64,000 nt of DNA from Macrostomum lignano (GCA_002269645.1 NIVC01000283.1:620001-684000); one strand, 5' to 3'. Counted from the stretch's first letter, positions 47,730 to 61,599 are shown. The notes: generated from the letters alone by a model not told the origin. Translations and numbers: made by a program.

Positions 47730-48550
47730 AGAAGTCTCACCCCTGAGAATCTAAGCCTTCCTAGACAAAATAACACCCCATAGATAGAATCTCGCCCAGA
47801 TAATCCAGCCTTCCTGACTAAATCTCAACCTTTAGAATCTCACTCTGAGAATCTCTCCTTCAATAGAAAATCTCACCCTGTGAACCTCTACTCATATAGA
47901 AAATCTCACCCTGAGAATCTCTTCTCCCCTGAGAATCTCTTCTCCTATAGAAAATCTTACCCTAGAATCACTCCTTCTAAAGGAAATCTCTCCTAAGAAT
48001 CTCTCCTGGTATAAAAAATCTCACCCTGAGAATCTCTCCTCTAATAGAAAATCTCACCCTGAAAATCTCTCCTCCAATAGAAAATCTCACCCTGAGAATC
48101 TCTCCTCCAATAGAAAATCTCACCCTGAAAATCTCTCCTCCAATAGAAAATCTCACCCTGAGAATCTCTCCTCCAATAGAACATTTCACCCTGAGAATCT
48201 TTTCTCCTATAGAAAATCTCACCCTAGAATCTCTCCTTCTAAATGAAATCTCACATTGAAAATCTCTCCTCCTATGGAAAATCTCACCCTGTGAACCTCT
48301 ACTCATATAGAAAATATCACCTAGAAAATCTCACCCTGAGAATCTCTTCTCTTATAGAAAATCTCACCCTAGAATCTCTCCTTCTAAATGAAATCTCATA
48401 TTGAAAATCTCTCCTCCTATAGAAAATCTCACCCTGAGAATCTCTCCTCATACAAAAAAATCTCACCCTGAGAACCTCTCCTCCTATAGAAAATCTTACC
48501 CTGAAAATCTCTCCTGATCCCGAAAGAAGATCTCACCCTGAGAGTCTCAA
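47730..48550. repeat. ~33-bp minisatellite (aatagaaaatctcaccctgagaatctctcctcc)n
   Basis: 11-aa periodicity IGGEILRVRFS. Confidence 0.9.
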
Positions 48551-49286
48551 CCGTAGAATCAAGAACACAGCCCTGTTAACAGTCAGTCAAAAGCAGCACG
48601 GCGCGGCAACAGCGGCTCCGCCCGCTTCCCATATTCCCGAATCTCCCGCCGCACAGTCCAGTCCCGCAGTGTCTCCAGTCGGTGTCAGACAAGAGGAAAA
48701 ACAGCAAAAAAGAAGCACTAAAAACTCCGAGATCGAACCTCCGGGGGCGGGCGGGAGCCGAACCTTGGGGTAACACGAAAAATTGCGGGGATGCAAAAGA
48801 AGCAGAGACCCAAGCAACCCAAGACCAGAAAAAAAGACGGGACTTAAGAGAGACGGAGCGCCAGTTGGTGTCTCCGTTGAATTGAAGGCAAAGCAGCTTA
48901 TGTATGACCCCCGCCTCTGATTGCAGTGCCAGGCCTCCTTCGGTGACAGCTGCTGCTGCCCGGCCTCGCAAAACCCTTCGATGTCAGCTGTTGGGCGGGG
49001 CATCCGGGATCCTGTCCCACTGACTGTCCCACTGCTATATGGGTCCCCGGCCTCTGGCTCTACCACCAAATAATCACACTTTATTAATAATATAATAATA
49101 ATAATAATATTAAAAATCATAGAGCTATATAAAGTACATTTGAAATCAATTACTGGTACATAAATTCGGTTTTTAGTTTAATATTAGTTTAATTTTAAAT
49201 TTAAGCAAGCCTGAAGTTTATTTTTAAAGGTTTATCTCGAACCAGTTCGTCTCGATAGGTTTAGGATTGTACTTGTAGGTTTAGGG

Positions 49287-49744
49287 CAGGCGTCGGCAAA
49301 CTCGATCCGGGCCGCGGGGTTTTTTGAAACTTTACAATAGCACCCTGCCTCGCTCAAGGCCTATGACTCACGTCTCTTCTTAGCTCTCTTGCTCTTCTCT
49401 CCTGTCTCTTCTTCCCACTCTTCTCTCTCTTCCCTCGTCTCTCCCCTCTTCTCTCTCCCCTCTTCTCTCTCCTCTCTTCTCTCTCCCCTCTTCTCTCTTC
49501 CCTCTTCTCTCTCCCCACTTCTCTCTCCCCACTTCTCTCTCCCCACTTCTCTCTCCCCACTTCTCTCTCCCCTCTACCCTCTCCCCTCTCCCCTCTCTCC
49601 TCTTATCTTCTATCTTATCTTTTATCTCATCCCGTCTCTCGCCTCTCCTCTCTCATCTCTAATATTCTATTCCCTCCTATTTCTACGCATCCATTAGCTG
49701 AATGCTTTATCTGGCCCTTGATATAAAAATTTTTCCGACCACTG
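49287..49744. mobile_element. hAT-type MITE, 458 bp, with a CT-rich interior
   Basis: Imperfect TIRs CAGGCGTCGGCAAA / CAGTGGTCGGAAAA, with 8-bp flanks GTTTAGGG and GTTCAGGG (7/8 match). Confidence 0.6.
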
Positions 49745-50219
49745 GTTCAGGGTTTAAGAATCAGTGTAAGATTTCCGGTTGGTGTTAGGATTTAGGGTTT
49801 TAGGTTTTTGGTTACAGTTACGTTAAGAGTTAGAGGTTTCGCAGTCAATTTGACGTAGACTAAATATATCGCGAGTCGCGACCGAATTCTAGTTTTGAAT
49901 CTCCATGGCTACTGCCTAAAACGCCTTATACTCGTACACAGGTCGAACCGGCTGTTCACAGGGAACAAACACCGGTGAAGGAGAGAGAAAAGAAGCAATA
50001 CAAAACTTTTTTCGCGCCATTGCAGCAAATGAAGCTGGAGGGGTGTGTGAAGCAGATTCAAGCAAGCTTCCCAAGAACTCCCACCTCTAACTCTGAAATT
50101 CTAACGCAGTGTTTTTCCCAAAGTTCCAATGTCGAACTTTCTGTTGCTTGCAAGATACTTTTAAACACATTTCTCACCTCTATCGGACTTCAGTAAACAT
50201 CGTAGCCTAGGTTTGTCCA

Positions 50220-50840
50220 ATGGCAACTCTACCTGACACTAATTTATGTTCTACCTGACGCTAATTTATGTTCCACCTGACACTAATTTAAGTTCTACCT
50301 GACACTAATTTAAGTTCTATTCTACCTGACACTTACTTAGTTTTACGTGACACTAGTTTATGTTCCACCTAACACTAATTTATGTTCTACCTGACACTAA
50401 TTTATGTTCTACCTGACACTAATTTATGTTCCACCTGACACTAGTTTATGTTCCACCTGACACTAATTTATGTTCCACCTGACACTAATTTATGTTCCAC
50501 CTGACACTAATTTATGTTCTACCTGACACTAATTTATGTTCCACCTGACACTAATTTATGTACTACCTGACACTAATTTATGTTCTACCTGACACTAATT
50601 TAAGTTCTACCTGACACTAATTTAAGTTCTACCTGACACTAATTTAAGTTCTACCTGACACTAATTTAAGTTCTACCTGACACTAATTTAAGTTCTACCT
50701 GACACTAATTTAAGTTCTACCTGACACTACTTTAAGTTCTACCTGACACAAATTTAAGTTCTACCTGACACTAATTTAAGTTCTACCTGACACTAATTTA
50801 AGTTCTACCTGACACTAACTTAAGTTCTACCTGACGCAAT
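50220..50840. repeat. 22-bp minisatellite (ctacctgacactaatttaagtt)n
   Basis: Direct inspection. Confidence 0.95.
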
Positions 50841-51539
50841 TTCGGGTCAAAATTTTCATGAAGTAATTTTTCAGCTCTATAGGGAAGATAGGGAGGCTTG
50901 GTCCTCCCTCCAATACCGGTAGTGATTTCCCGCGGACGTCACTCATCCCGCGTCACCCATTCCTGACTGCACCCCCTCTACCCGGATACTCCCACGAAGG
51001 TATTCGACGCCGCATTCTTGAGGCGCACGCTGGGATTTTCGAAACCCCGGCCGGACAGGGCCGGACATTCCAGAGCGGAGTGCCCCCTCCCCCCCCCCCC
51101 GGCCAACGGAAACTCGGACAGCGAGGGCAGGTGCCCCGAGCCGCCGGGGGTAGCCTTCCGAAAATTATCGAAAAATTTCATTCAAGCAAACCAGGGTACG
51201 AGTAATTCCCATTTTTGTTGTTGAAAATTTCTATTTTTAGGGAAACCCATTAAAATTTCCTGTCAGTCGTTGGTTGGTTTCTGGCCGCAGAAACTGCATG
51301 TCTTCTCAGATAGTTTATAGGATGGGCCGAAAGCATTCCTAAGAGTCCAGAGACAACTGCGGAACTTCAATCTGTTAATGCCTTTTGTTTGTGAATCTTA
51401 GAGAGATTACTCGGGGGGGGGGGTTGTAGACTGAGGGATAATTGCCGGGGAGGGGGGTGGAGGTTATATGTCTCTACAAGTCGCTCAAATCATGTTCTAA
51501 ATCCTAAGTTTCAAAATGGGTCTATAATCCTAGATTTAT

Positions 51540-52690
51540 AAATGGGTCCAGAATCCCACATTTAAAAATGGGTTTAAAATCCCAAATTTTGAAATGGGCC
51601 AAGAATCCCAATAATTAGAAATGGGTCAAGAATCCCAATAATTAGAAATGGGCCAAGAATCCCAATAATTAGAAATGGGCCAAGAATCCCAATAATTAGA
51701 AATGGGTCAAGAATCCCAGATTTAGAAATGGCTCCAAAATTCCTAATTTAGAAATGGGTCAGGAATTCCAAGAATTATAAATGGGTCAAGAATCCCAATA
51801 GTTAGAAATGGGTCATGGATCCCAAATTTTGAAATGGGTCATGGATCCCAAATTTAGAAATGGGTCATGGATCCCAAATTTTGAAATGGGTCATGGATCC
51901 CAAATTTAGAAATGGGTCAATAGTCCGATTTTTACAAATGGGTCAAGAATCCAAAATTTAAAGGGTAAAAAATCCCAAATTCAGAAATGGGTCAGGAAAT
52001 CAGGAATCCCAAGAATTAGAAATGGTTTGAGAACCCAAGAGTTAGAAATGGGTCAAGAATCCCAAATTTTGAAATGGGCCAATAATCCGATTTTTAGAAA
52101 TGAGTCAAGAATCCCAAATTTTGAAATGAGTCAATAATCCGATTTTTAGAAATGGGTCAAGAAGCCCAATAATTGAAATAGGTCAAGAATCCCAAACTTT
52201 AAAATGGGTCAAGAATCCCAAATTTAGAAATGGGTCAAGAATCCCAAGAATTAGACATGGGTCAAGAATACCTAGAATTAGAAATTGGTCAAGAATCCCA
52301 AATTTAGAAATGGTTCAAGAATCCCAAGTTTATAAATGGGTCAAGAATCTCAAATTTTGAAATGGGTCAATAATCCCAAATTTAGAAATGGGTCAAAGAT
52401 CCCAAATTTATAAATGGGTCAGGAATCCCAAATTAAGAAATGGGTCCAGAATCCCAAGAAATAGTCATAGGTCAAGAATACCTAGAAGTAGAAATAGGTC
52501 CAGAATCCCAAGTTTAGAAATGGGTCAGGAATTCCAAGAATTATAAATGGGCCAAGAATCCCAAATTTAAAAATGGGCCAAGAATCCCAAATTTTGAAAT
52601 GGGTCAAGAATCCCAAATTTAGAAATGGGTCAAAAATCCCAAATTTAGAAATGGGTCAGGAATCTCAGTTCTAAAAATGGGTCAGGAATC
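51540..52690. repeat. ~26-bp minisatellite (agaaatgggtcaagaatcccaaattt)n
   Basis: Direct inspection; degenerate. Confidence 0.92.
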
Positions 52691-53139
52691 ACAGCTTTTA
52701 TCGAGAATCACAACTTAAAAAGTGGGTCGAGGACGCTCGAAACGCGTGCGCACATTACTCTAATGCTCCCCAGAACCAATATCAATAATTCAGGCAGATC
52801 CCATAGCAGGATAATCAACATTATGGGGCGCAGCACTCGCAAACCACATAGACTGTTTACATCTGGTGTCACCTTCAATTAACATTGCATTGCTGTAGAC
52901 TGTAGAGCTAAGCTCTTGTTAAACTAACTTTAAAAATTCTTCAAAAGAAAGCTATATAACTAAATTACTATGCTAAGTGGGTCGCATGGCGGTTGACCAA
53001 GGACCTTTACATACCTTGGACTGGAGGCTGTAAATCCAAGATAATGAAAATGAACTTTTCGATTAATTTTAGACCTGTAGATAAGACGTTTCGTTTCTAA
53101 GAAACAACTCTTTTCAAGGCTTGGTGGACATAGTAGATG

Positions 53140-53330
53140 AGGTGGACATTGTAGATGAGGTGGATGCAGTGGACACTGCAGATGAGGTGGACATTTTAGA
53201 TTTTGTTGACATAGATGAGGTGGACATTGCAGATGAGGTGGACATTGCAGATGAGGTGGACATTGCAGATGAGGTGGACATTGCAGATGAGGTGGATATA
53301 GCAGATGAGGTGGACATTGCAGATGAGGGA
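53140..53330. repeat. 18-bp tandem repeat (gcagatgaggtggacatt)n
   Basis: DIADEV periodicity. Confidence 0.9.
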
Positions 53331-53934
53331 CGAGAATTCTCGAGAATCCAGGCCACACTAGTTCCGTAATGTTTGTTTCCAGTCCAAGTCTTCATAGAGG
53401 TCCCTGGGCCTCTATATAAAGCGGTGGCAGCATATTAAGCGCAGTTCCAAACTTACACTGCTCACGTAATAAGTTTCCCCGCGTGCTTCCCGCTTGATCC
53501 CACATGCTGCATCCTAGATGGACTGCAACTGGCACGTGAAAACGCTGGATGAAGCATTCCAGCTTGCAGGCAGCCTGAAGCATGCGGCTAATTAGCAGAC
53601 CGGGACCTCCTGCTCAGCATGGGGTCACTGCCCACCGGCGCTGCAGCCAGTGGTTGCATAAGAAGCATTGCCAAGCTATATCATGCTTGCCAGATTGGCC
53701 CCGCAGTTGTTAGGGCAACGCGAGAGCCGCCATCATTGGTTTTAGAGGCCAATTAAACTCGGCTGTGGAACTGACAAGTGCGCGCTCTGTCCTGCAGTCG
53801 AACGGGATTTAAACTGCGAGCGTAATTCCTCCCTCCCACGCGGATTAAGGGATCTGCGAAAACCATTCATGCGTCTGGGATATCAATGCTGCTTTGCTTA
53901 TTTTGGCTTCTTTCTGTCTTTTTCCACCATAATT

Positions 53935-54800
53935 GTCCTATCTTACCTGTCCAATCTTACCTGTCCTATTTTACCTGTCCAATCTTACCTGTCCTATCTT
54001 ACCTGTCCAATCTTACCTGTCCTATCTTACCTGTCCTATTTTACCTGTCCTATCTTCCCTGTCCAATCTTACCTGTCCTATTTTACCTGTCCTATCTTCC
54101 CTGTCAAATCTTACCTGTCTTATCTTACCTGTCCTATCTTACCTGTCCTATTTTACCTGTCCTATTTTACCTGTCCTATCTTCCCTGTCCAATCTTACCT
54201 GTCCTATTTTACCTGTCCTATCTTCCCTGTCAAATCTTACCTGTCTTATCTTACCTGTCCTATCTTACCTGTCCTATTTTACCTGTCCTATTTTACCTGT
54301 CCTATTTTACCTGTCCTATCTTCCCTGTCCAATCTTACCTGTCCTATTTTACCTGTCCTATTTTGCCTGTCCTATTTTACCTGTCCTATTTTACCTGTCC
54401 TATTTTACCTGTCCTATTTTACCTGTCCTATTTTACCTGTCCTATTTTACCTGTCCTATTTTACCTGTCCTATTTTACCTGTCCTATTTTACCTGTCCTA
54501 TTTTACCTGTCCTATTTTACCTGTCCTATTTTACCTGTCCTATTTTACCTGTCCTATCTTACCTGTCCAATCTTACCTGTCTTATCTTACCTGTCCTATT
54601 TTACCCGTCCTATCTACTCTCCTATGTACTCTCCTGTCTACTTCCCTATCTACTTCGCTATCTACCCTCTTATCTACTTTCCTATCTACCCTCTTATCTA
54701 CTCTCCTATCTACCCTCCTATCTACTCTCTTATCTACCCTCCTATCTACCCTCCTATCTACCATCCTATCAACTCTCCTCTCACTCTTCTATCTACCCAC
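53935..54800. repeat. 14-bp minisatellite (ttttacctgtccta)n followed by a CT-rich degenerate repeat
   Basis: Direct inspection. Confidence 0.95.
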
Positions 54801-55169
54801 CTATTTTATAACTAGCAGGAGAACCCATGCTGAGCGATCCCGTCCGAAAACCCTAGGAAGCAATGTAAACAGCACGTCATGCCCTCAGCAGGGTTCGAAA
54901 CGAACGCAAAAAAACTGCAATTTGACAGACAGACAAAGATTGTTAGAATCTTGTCGCTATGATTTAGGAAGCCAGAGACCGGCCTTGACAACAAGGAAAT
55001 CCGCACAGCTCCTGCACTCCGCACCTGCAGCAGCGGGGAGTCTCAGTCCGGAATTGAAGAAAGGATTAAATAAAATATATTGACAGTAGATTGAAATTGA
55101 AAAGTGTGAAAAACTTTATCAAATCAAGCAGTTGGACCTCAGTTAGCATCACTTTTTTCTTTCTGATGG

Positions 55170-55650
55170 AGGAGCAATTTCATCTGTGGAGGCGCCATTT
55201 CATCTGTGGAGGCGCCATTTCATCTGTGGAGGCGCCATTTCATCTGTGGAGGCGCCATTTCATCTGTGGAGGCGCCATTTCATCTGAGGAGGCGCCATTT
55301 ACATCTGAGGAGGCGCCATTTACATCTGAGGAGGCGCCATTTACATCTGAGGAGGCGCCATTTACATCTGAGGAGGCGCCATTTACATCTGAGGAGGCGC
55401 CATTTACATCTGAGGAGGCGCCATTTCATCTGAGGAGGCGCCATTTCATCTGAATAGGCGCCATTTACTTCTGAGGAGGCGCCATTTACATCTGAGGAGG
55501 CGCCATTTACATCTGAGGAGGCGCCATTTCATCTGAGGAGGCGCCATTTCATCTGAATAGGCGCCATTTACTTCTGAGGAGGCGCCATTTTCAACTGGAG
55601 GCGCCATTTCATCTGAGGAGGCGCCATTTACTTCTGAGGAGGCGACAGAT
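55170..55650. repeat. 21-bp minisatellite (ggaggcgccatttacatctga)n
   Basis: EEAPFTS periodicity. Confidence 0.95.
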
Positions 55651-56069
55651 TTCATGAAGGGAGCAGGTGAGACTTTCAAAGTCCTAAAAAATAGGTAAGT
55701 AGAAAATACACAGAGCAGCAGTTCGTGCTCCATGTGCCATCGTTCGCGCATGGACTACTAAAAAAATCGCCAGTAGAAACCCTGGACAAGCGTCACCAGC
55801 TGCTAGTCATCCATTTATTCCGATTCACAGATAGCTGCAGAGCCAATCTTAGAAATTTTGTTGCTGTCATGTAGGAGGGCTTGGGGGGTTGCTTTTTGAT
55901 TGAGCTGCAGGCTGGGTAAATGTGCAGTGTACTGGGACGCTTATTGCATGGAGTCAAAATGTTGTTTTGACTGCGGGGGTTATTAGGAAAGGTTTATAAA
56001 ATTGCATGGTAACAGGCAACAGCATTAATTTTGTGTCTATGTTAATATGGCGCTGTTTCCACTTTTTGA

Positions 56070-56512
56070 GGGGCGCCAGGACCAAGGGACGCCAGGACCA
56101 AGGGGCGCCAGCACCAAGGGGCGCCAGCACCAAGGGGGGCCAGCACCAAGGGGCGCCAGCACCAAGGGGCTTAGCACCAAGGGGCGCCAGGACAAAGGGG
56201 TGCCAGCACAAGGGGCGCCAGCACCAAGGGGCGCCAGCACCAAGGGGCGCCAGCACCAAGGGGCGCCAGCACCAAGGGGCGCCAGCACCAAGGGGCGCCA
56301 GCACCAAGGGGCGCCAGCACCAAGGGGCGCCAGCACCAAGGGGCGCCAGCACCAAGGGGCGCCAGCACCAAGGGGCGCCAGCACCAAGGGGCGCCAGCAC
56401 CAAGGGGCGCCAGGACAAAGGGGTGCCAGCACCAAGGGGCGCCAAGCACCAAGGGGCGCCAGCACCAAGGGGCGCCAAGCACCAAGGGGCGCCAGCACCA
56501 AGGGGCGCCAGC
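56070..56512. repeat. 16-bp minisatellite (ggggcgccagcaccaa)n
   Basis: Direct inspection. Confidence 0.95.
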
Positions 56513-57339
56513 ACTTTTAATCGCGGCTACTTAAGGCCATTAAAACCGACCTTTAAAATTTGTTTTCAAGTTTTATACAGTTTCTGTCTGCAATGATATT
56601 TTATCTATTCAAACTCCATAATTACCACCGAAGTAAACTAAGATGATGCGGCACAAAATGCAACATGAAAAACTTCTTATCTTAAGTTTCAGCTACTTAT
56701 TAACCTTGTTAAAAGTTCCGAGGTGCTGCATGACCGACTGCCAGGGCCGGATTGGCCTTGAAGAATAGGGAGATAAGCCCCGACACAGACACTCAGCGGG
56801 GTGCCTAAACACACTTCCCAGTCAGTTAAACAGATCCCACTATGCATATATAACTGTCTATAGTTACAATTTCGTTTCCAAGCTTGTTTGGCACCAAAAA
56901 GAATTCTTCCCTTACATTATCAGCGATTAACCTGATGATTGACAATACAATACGGAAGCGAGCGGGGAAACTCGAAGAGTCTCGGATAAGTTCGACCTTC
57001 AGCTGCTCAGCGGGAGGGAAGTGGGGAAGGCTACAGTGATGGAAGCGGTTATCAGCCTCGGCACACACATCTGTACACCCGAGAATTCCAGAATTTTTAT
57101 CGCAATTCCCAATCCCCGCAACTTCTTGCTCCCATCTCTCGTGAGACTGCGCCTGTTGCGAAAGTTGCTTTTCATTTTGGCTTTGTTTGTGGACACGAGA
57201 ATTCTTCTCTGGGTAACTCTTTGTTTTCACTGCTTGGTGGGTGGCGCTTAATGGTGAAAGAGCAGCCGAAATAAATGTCTTTGTCAACCAGTTTTCAGCG
57301 ATTTGCGTCATTGTGCTAACAGGGACACTTAGGCTTGAT

Positions 57340-57760
57340 TGTGTCTAACAGGTACATGCAGAACCCATTTATTGTCTAACAGGTAGATCTTATTTAGTGT
57401 CTAACAGGCACAGGTAGATACCTTTCAGTGTCTAACAGGCACAGGTAGATACCTTTCAGTGTCTAACAGGCACAGGTAGATCTTATTTTCAGTGTCTAAC
57501 AGGCATAGGTAGATCTTATTTTCAGTGTCTAACAGGCACAGGTAGATACCTTTCAGTGTCTAACAGGCACAGGTAGATCCCTTTCAGTGTCTAACAGGCA
57601 CAGGTAGATCTTATTTACAGTGTCTAACAGGCACAGGTAGATCCCTTTCAGTGTCTAACAGGCACAGGTAGATCCCATTGACAGTGTCTAACAGGCACAG
57701 GTAGATCCCATTGACAGTGTCTAACAGGCACAGGTAGATCCCTTTCAGTGTCTAACAGTG
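57340..57760. repeat. 31-34-bp minisatellite (cagtgtctaacaggcacaggtagatcccttt)n
   Basis: Direct inspection. Confidence 0.93.
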
Positions 57761-58570
57761 TACACTGCTATACATGCACTTAGAACCCATTCAGAGTCCT
57801 ACTTATATATTTATTCACATGAATTTCAACTGTCTCTAGACTTCACACGTCTAACAGGCAACCCGATTCAATCCATCCCAGTCAATCTCAGCCATCAATC
57901 TCAACAGCCCGCCTGCGACATTCTCTTGCACACTGATTTCCCAAATTCCTTCTCAAACCCCAGCGGAGCCCTCAGGCATCGCCAATTCCCGGATTACTTT
58001 GAAGGAGTTAATAAACAGTAAAATGCAATAATTGAAGAGGAGCCCTCTTAACAGTCCGGGGCCGTGTTTACACAGAGCCCTGACCAACCTCCGGGAGCCT
58101 TCCATTCTGACTGTTGATTCAGCCCTGATTGCGCAATCCTGCTCATCTCAGCCCTTCATCTCTTGGTCAACAACAGTCCAGACTCCCAAAACATCGATTG
58201 AGTAATTTTTCCGACTGTTACTTTGAGCTTGTGCAAGTGGGCGAATCAGATTCTCTGAAACTTCATCATTGAACCTAAATCGAAATAAAATAACAAAGAT
58301 TCGATAAAGTCAAAGATTTAATTAACACACACACACATGATGGCACACACCACTGGTCTGTGCATTCCATATTGAATTTCATATATTTTACAGACAACAG
58401 ATAAGAAATAGAATTGCTTACAAATTAATATAGAATAAAGCATTAGTTTTTGAACACATGCGGAATAAATGAAAAAAATTATTGCAAAAATGCACTCATA
58501 TTTACTACTGCTACTACTTTTCATTCAAGTAGTGTTTATAAGTCATATAATACATATTTTTGTTTGCATT

Positions 58571-61535
58571 TTAATTATCGTCATCTGACGACGAAGCTAT
58601 TGGCTCTTCTTCGTCTGTGGTTGATTCAGCTTCGACTTCAGGTTGACCTTCAGGTTGACCTCCAGGATGGCCTCCAGGATGAGCTTCAGGTTGCCCTTCA
58701 GGTTGCCCTTTAGGATGACCTTCAGGATGACCTTCAGGTTGCCCTTTAGGATGACCTTCAGGATGACCTTCAGGTTGCCCTTTAGGATGACCTTCAGGTT
58801 GACTTTCAGGATGACCTTCAGGCTGACCTTCAAGCGGCCTCTCAGTAGTCGGGAGGCCGGTCTGTCGACAATCTTCGCCAAGAATCTGCCGCTCCCAGAT
58901 GGCCCGTCGCCTGGCAGCCTGCTCCTCCGTCTCCTCCACGTGGTACTTGGTCCGGCCGTCCCAGATGGCGGCTTTGAGCACCCGGCCGGCGCGGAACATC
59001 CGACCATCGAGCTGGCTGAGAGCCAGGCTGCACTGGCCGGACTCGGCGAAGGTGACCAGCACGACGCCGTCGGGGTTGCGATCGTGCACCACGGCCTTGC
59101 GCACCGGGCCGTACTGGGCGCAGCGGGTCACAACATCGTCGCGGATTTTCTCCAACAGCAGCGGATCCGAGTCGAATTCGGACGGGTCAAACACGTTGGA
59201 AATCACCAAAACTCGGTCGGAGCGGCGGGCGGCGTTCGCGCCTGCGCTGACGCCAAGGCCGCCGTCTGCTGAGGCGGCGGAATCGGCGGGCGCCCAGGCC
59301 AACAGGCGGGTTTGCTGCTCTTTCACCTGCGGGTTTGGTAGCGGGCCGGTAATGCGACCTGTTGGAGCGAGTCTGGATTTTCCTAATCTGAATTCTCCCT
59401 AATCCCTAATCTAGTCGAAATTCTCTTCCATAAGTCCCCAATCTAGATTCTTCCCCATAATTCCCCAATCTTAATTCTCCTCATGATTCCCCAATCTGAA
59501 TTCTCCCCATGATTCCCCAATCTGAATTCTCCCCATGATTCCCCAATCTGAATTCTCCTCATAATTCCCAAATCTGAATTCTTCCCATAATTCCCCAATC
59601 TGAATTCTCCTCATGATTCCCTTATCTGAATTCTCTTCCATAATTTCTCAAACTGAATTCTCCTCATGATTCCCCAATCTGAATTCTCCCATGATTCCCC
59701 AATATGAATTCTTCCCATAATTCCCCAATCTGAATTCTCCCCATGATTCCCCAATCTGAATTCTTCCCATAATTCCCCAATATGAATTCTTCCCATAATT
59801 CCCCAATCTGAATTCTTCCCATAATTCCCCAATCTGAATTCTCCCCTAAATTCCCCAATCTAAATTCTCCCTAAAATCCCTCATTTGAATTCACCCCGTA
59901 ATTCCCTAATCTGCATTCTCCTCATACTTCCCAATTCCCCTTTCCCAGTGAACAAAGCTCCCTATTCCCTTTAACCCGACACCCGACTCCCTCACCTTCT
60001 TCTTCTCCTTATTAGTGAGCTTCCTCCGCTTGCTGGGGTCGAACCCCTCCTTGGGCTGGAACTTGGCCGGCTCCACGCTGACCTCGCAGTCTCGCAGCCG
60101 GTAGCCGTCCAGAATCTGCAGGGCCAGCGCCACCGACTCCTTCTTGATGTAGCCGCACCTGGCGCTGCCGTTAAAATTGCCATCTTCGTCCGTGTACAGC
60201 TTGACCTTCGGCCGGCGCGTCAGCGGGTCGTGCAGCACCATGCCGCACTTGGACATGAACTCGATGAACTCCGGCTCGGTCAGGTCTAGCGGCAGGTTCT
60301 GCACGAAAACGTGCGTGTTCTGGTCTGGCGGCACCTCGAACCATTGCTGCTGCTGCTGGTCTGGCTTCTTCTTTTTCAATTCGCGTTTCCTGCTCTGCTG
60401 CTGCTGCTGCTGGCTTGCCGTTGAAGACTCACCGTCTGCAGGGGTTTTAATAAGGGTTTAAGGGGGAAATTATTTGTTTGGCATTGGATGGCATTGGAAC
60501 TCAGGCACTAAAGGGATCCCGATGTAGTATAGATCCCAAACTGGGATCAAAAGTGTTATAAATCACATACTAGGATAAAAAGTGCTGTAGATCTTACACT
60601 GGGATCAAAAGTGTGATGGATCTCAAACTGGGATATTAGAATGTGTTATAGATCCCAAACTGGGATCAAAATGTTTTATAGATCCCAAACTGGGATCAAA
60701 ATGTGTTATAGATCCCAAACTGGGATCAAAATGTTTTATAGATCCCAAACTGGGATCACAATGTGTTTTAGATCCCAAACTAGGATTAGAATGTGTTTTA
60801 GATCCCAAACTAGGATTAGAATGTGTTATAGATCCAAAACTGGGATTAGAATATGTTATAGATCCCAAACTAGGATTAGAATGTGTTTTAGATCCCAAAC
60901 TAGGATTAGAATGTGTTATAGATCCAAAACTGGGATTAGAATATGTTATAGATCCAAAACTGGGATTAGAATGTGTTATAGATCCCAAACTGGGATCAAA
61001 CTGTGTTATAGATCCCGAACTGGGATGAAAATGTGTTATAGATCCCAAACTGGGATCACAATGTACTACACACTCTAACAAACAATTGGGGATAAAAATA
61101 GCTCAAATAAAATCCCATACCTTGCCCAGCAGTTGCGGCAGTAGTCGCTGAATCACTGTACCGAGCGTACCAGTCCCTGTACTCCTGGGAATTATAATAC
61201 TGCTCCCAATATTCCCTAGCCTTCTCTTGCTCCTCCGGCGGCAGGGAGTCGAACTCCGGACCTCCAATCGGCTGCTGCTGCTGCTGCTCAGAGGTGCCGT
61301 AGCCAAGCTGATAGCGAATGAGCATTTCCGAGTCGATTCTAGGAAACCAAGCCTGTTTGTCCTCGTCCCAATCGAACACGGTGCCGTCCTCGTCAGTTCG
61401 GGTTTTTTTATTGGCCTCATTATCATTCGTCCGTTGGTTCGAGACGCCATTGGCAGCATCTTTTGCGGCGGCTTCCTCGCGTTCCAGGCGAAGTTGGGTG
61501 TCGAAATCGACGTTGTTATCGTCTGCTTCGGACAT
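58571..61535 (-). CDS. HTATSF1: HIV Tat-specific factor 1 / Cus2 orthologue (U2 snRNP-associated), 3 exons (61535-61121, 60435-59996, 59326-58571), ~536 aa
   Basis: DGTVFDWDEDKQAWFPRID..YQLGYG; RRM1 HVFVQNLPLD..FIEFMSKCG..KVKLY..YIKKESVALALQILDG; UHM RVLVISNVF..CAQYGPVRK..DGVVLVTF..IWDG. Junctions are in frame (415+440+756=1611 nt). An upstream ATG at 61553 is possible. Confidence 0.93.
59400..59900. repeat. 26-bp intronic minisatellite (ttccccaatctgaattctccccatga)n
   Basis: Period 26; in HTATSF1 intron 2. Confidence 0.92.
60520..61070. repeat. 30-bp intronic minisatellite (gatcccaaactgggatcaaaatgtgttata)n
   Basis: 10-aa periodicity; in HTATSF1 intron 1. Confidence 0.95.
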
Positions 61536-61599
61536 TGCCTTGGGGGCGAGCATGCATTTTTACGTGTTCAATTTTACAAAACAGAAACTTGACTGAGGA

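Noticed and set aside
52722-52760. Penelope-type minimal hammerhead (gaggacgctcgaaacgcgtg)
   Set aside because: It lacks the CUGANGA core and has G at the cleavage position.
53869-56596. Long ORFs of 150-400 aa (LSYFTCPILPV, EEAPFTS, GAPAPRG)
   Set aside because: They are translations of the 14-, 21- and 16-bp arrays.
56931-56995. Hammerhead-like ctgatga...gaaactcgaagagtc
   Set aside because: Stem III could form, but stems I and II do not pair.
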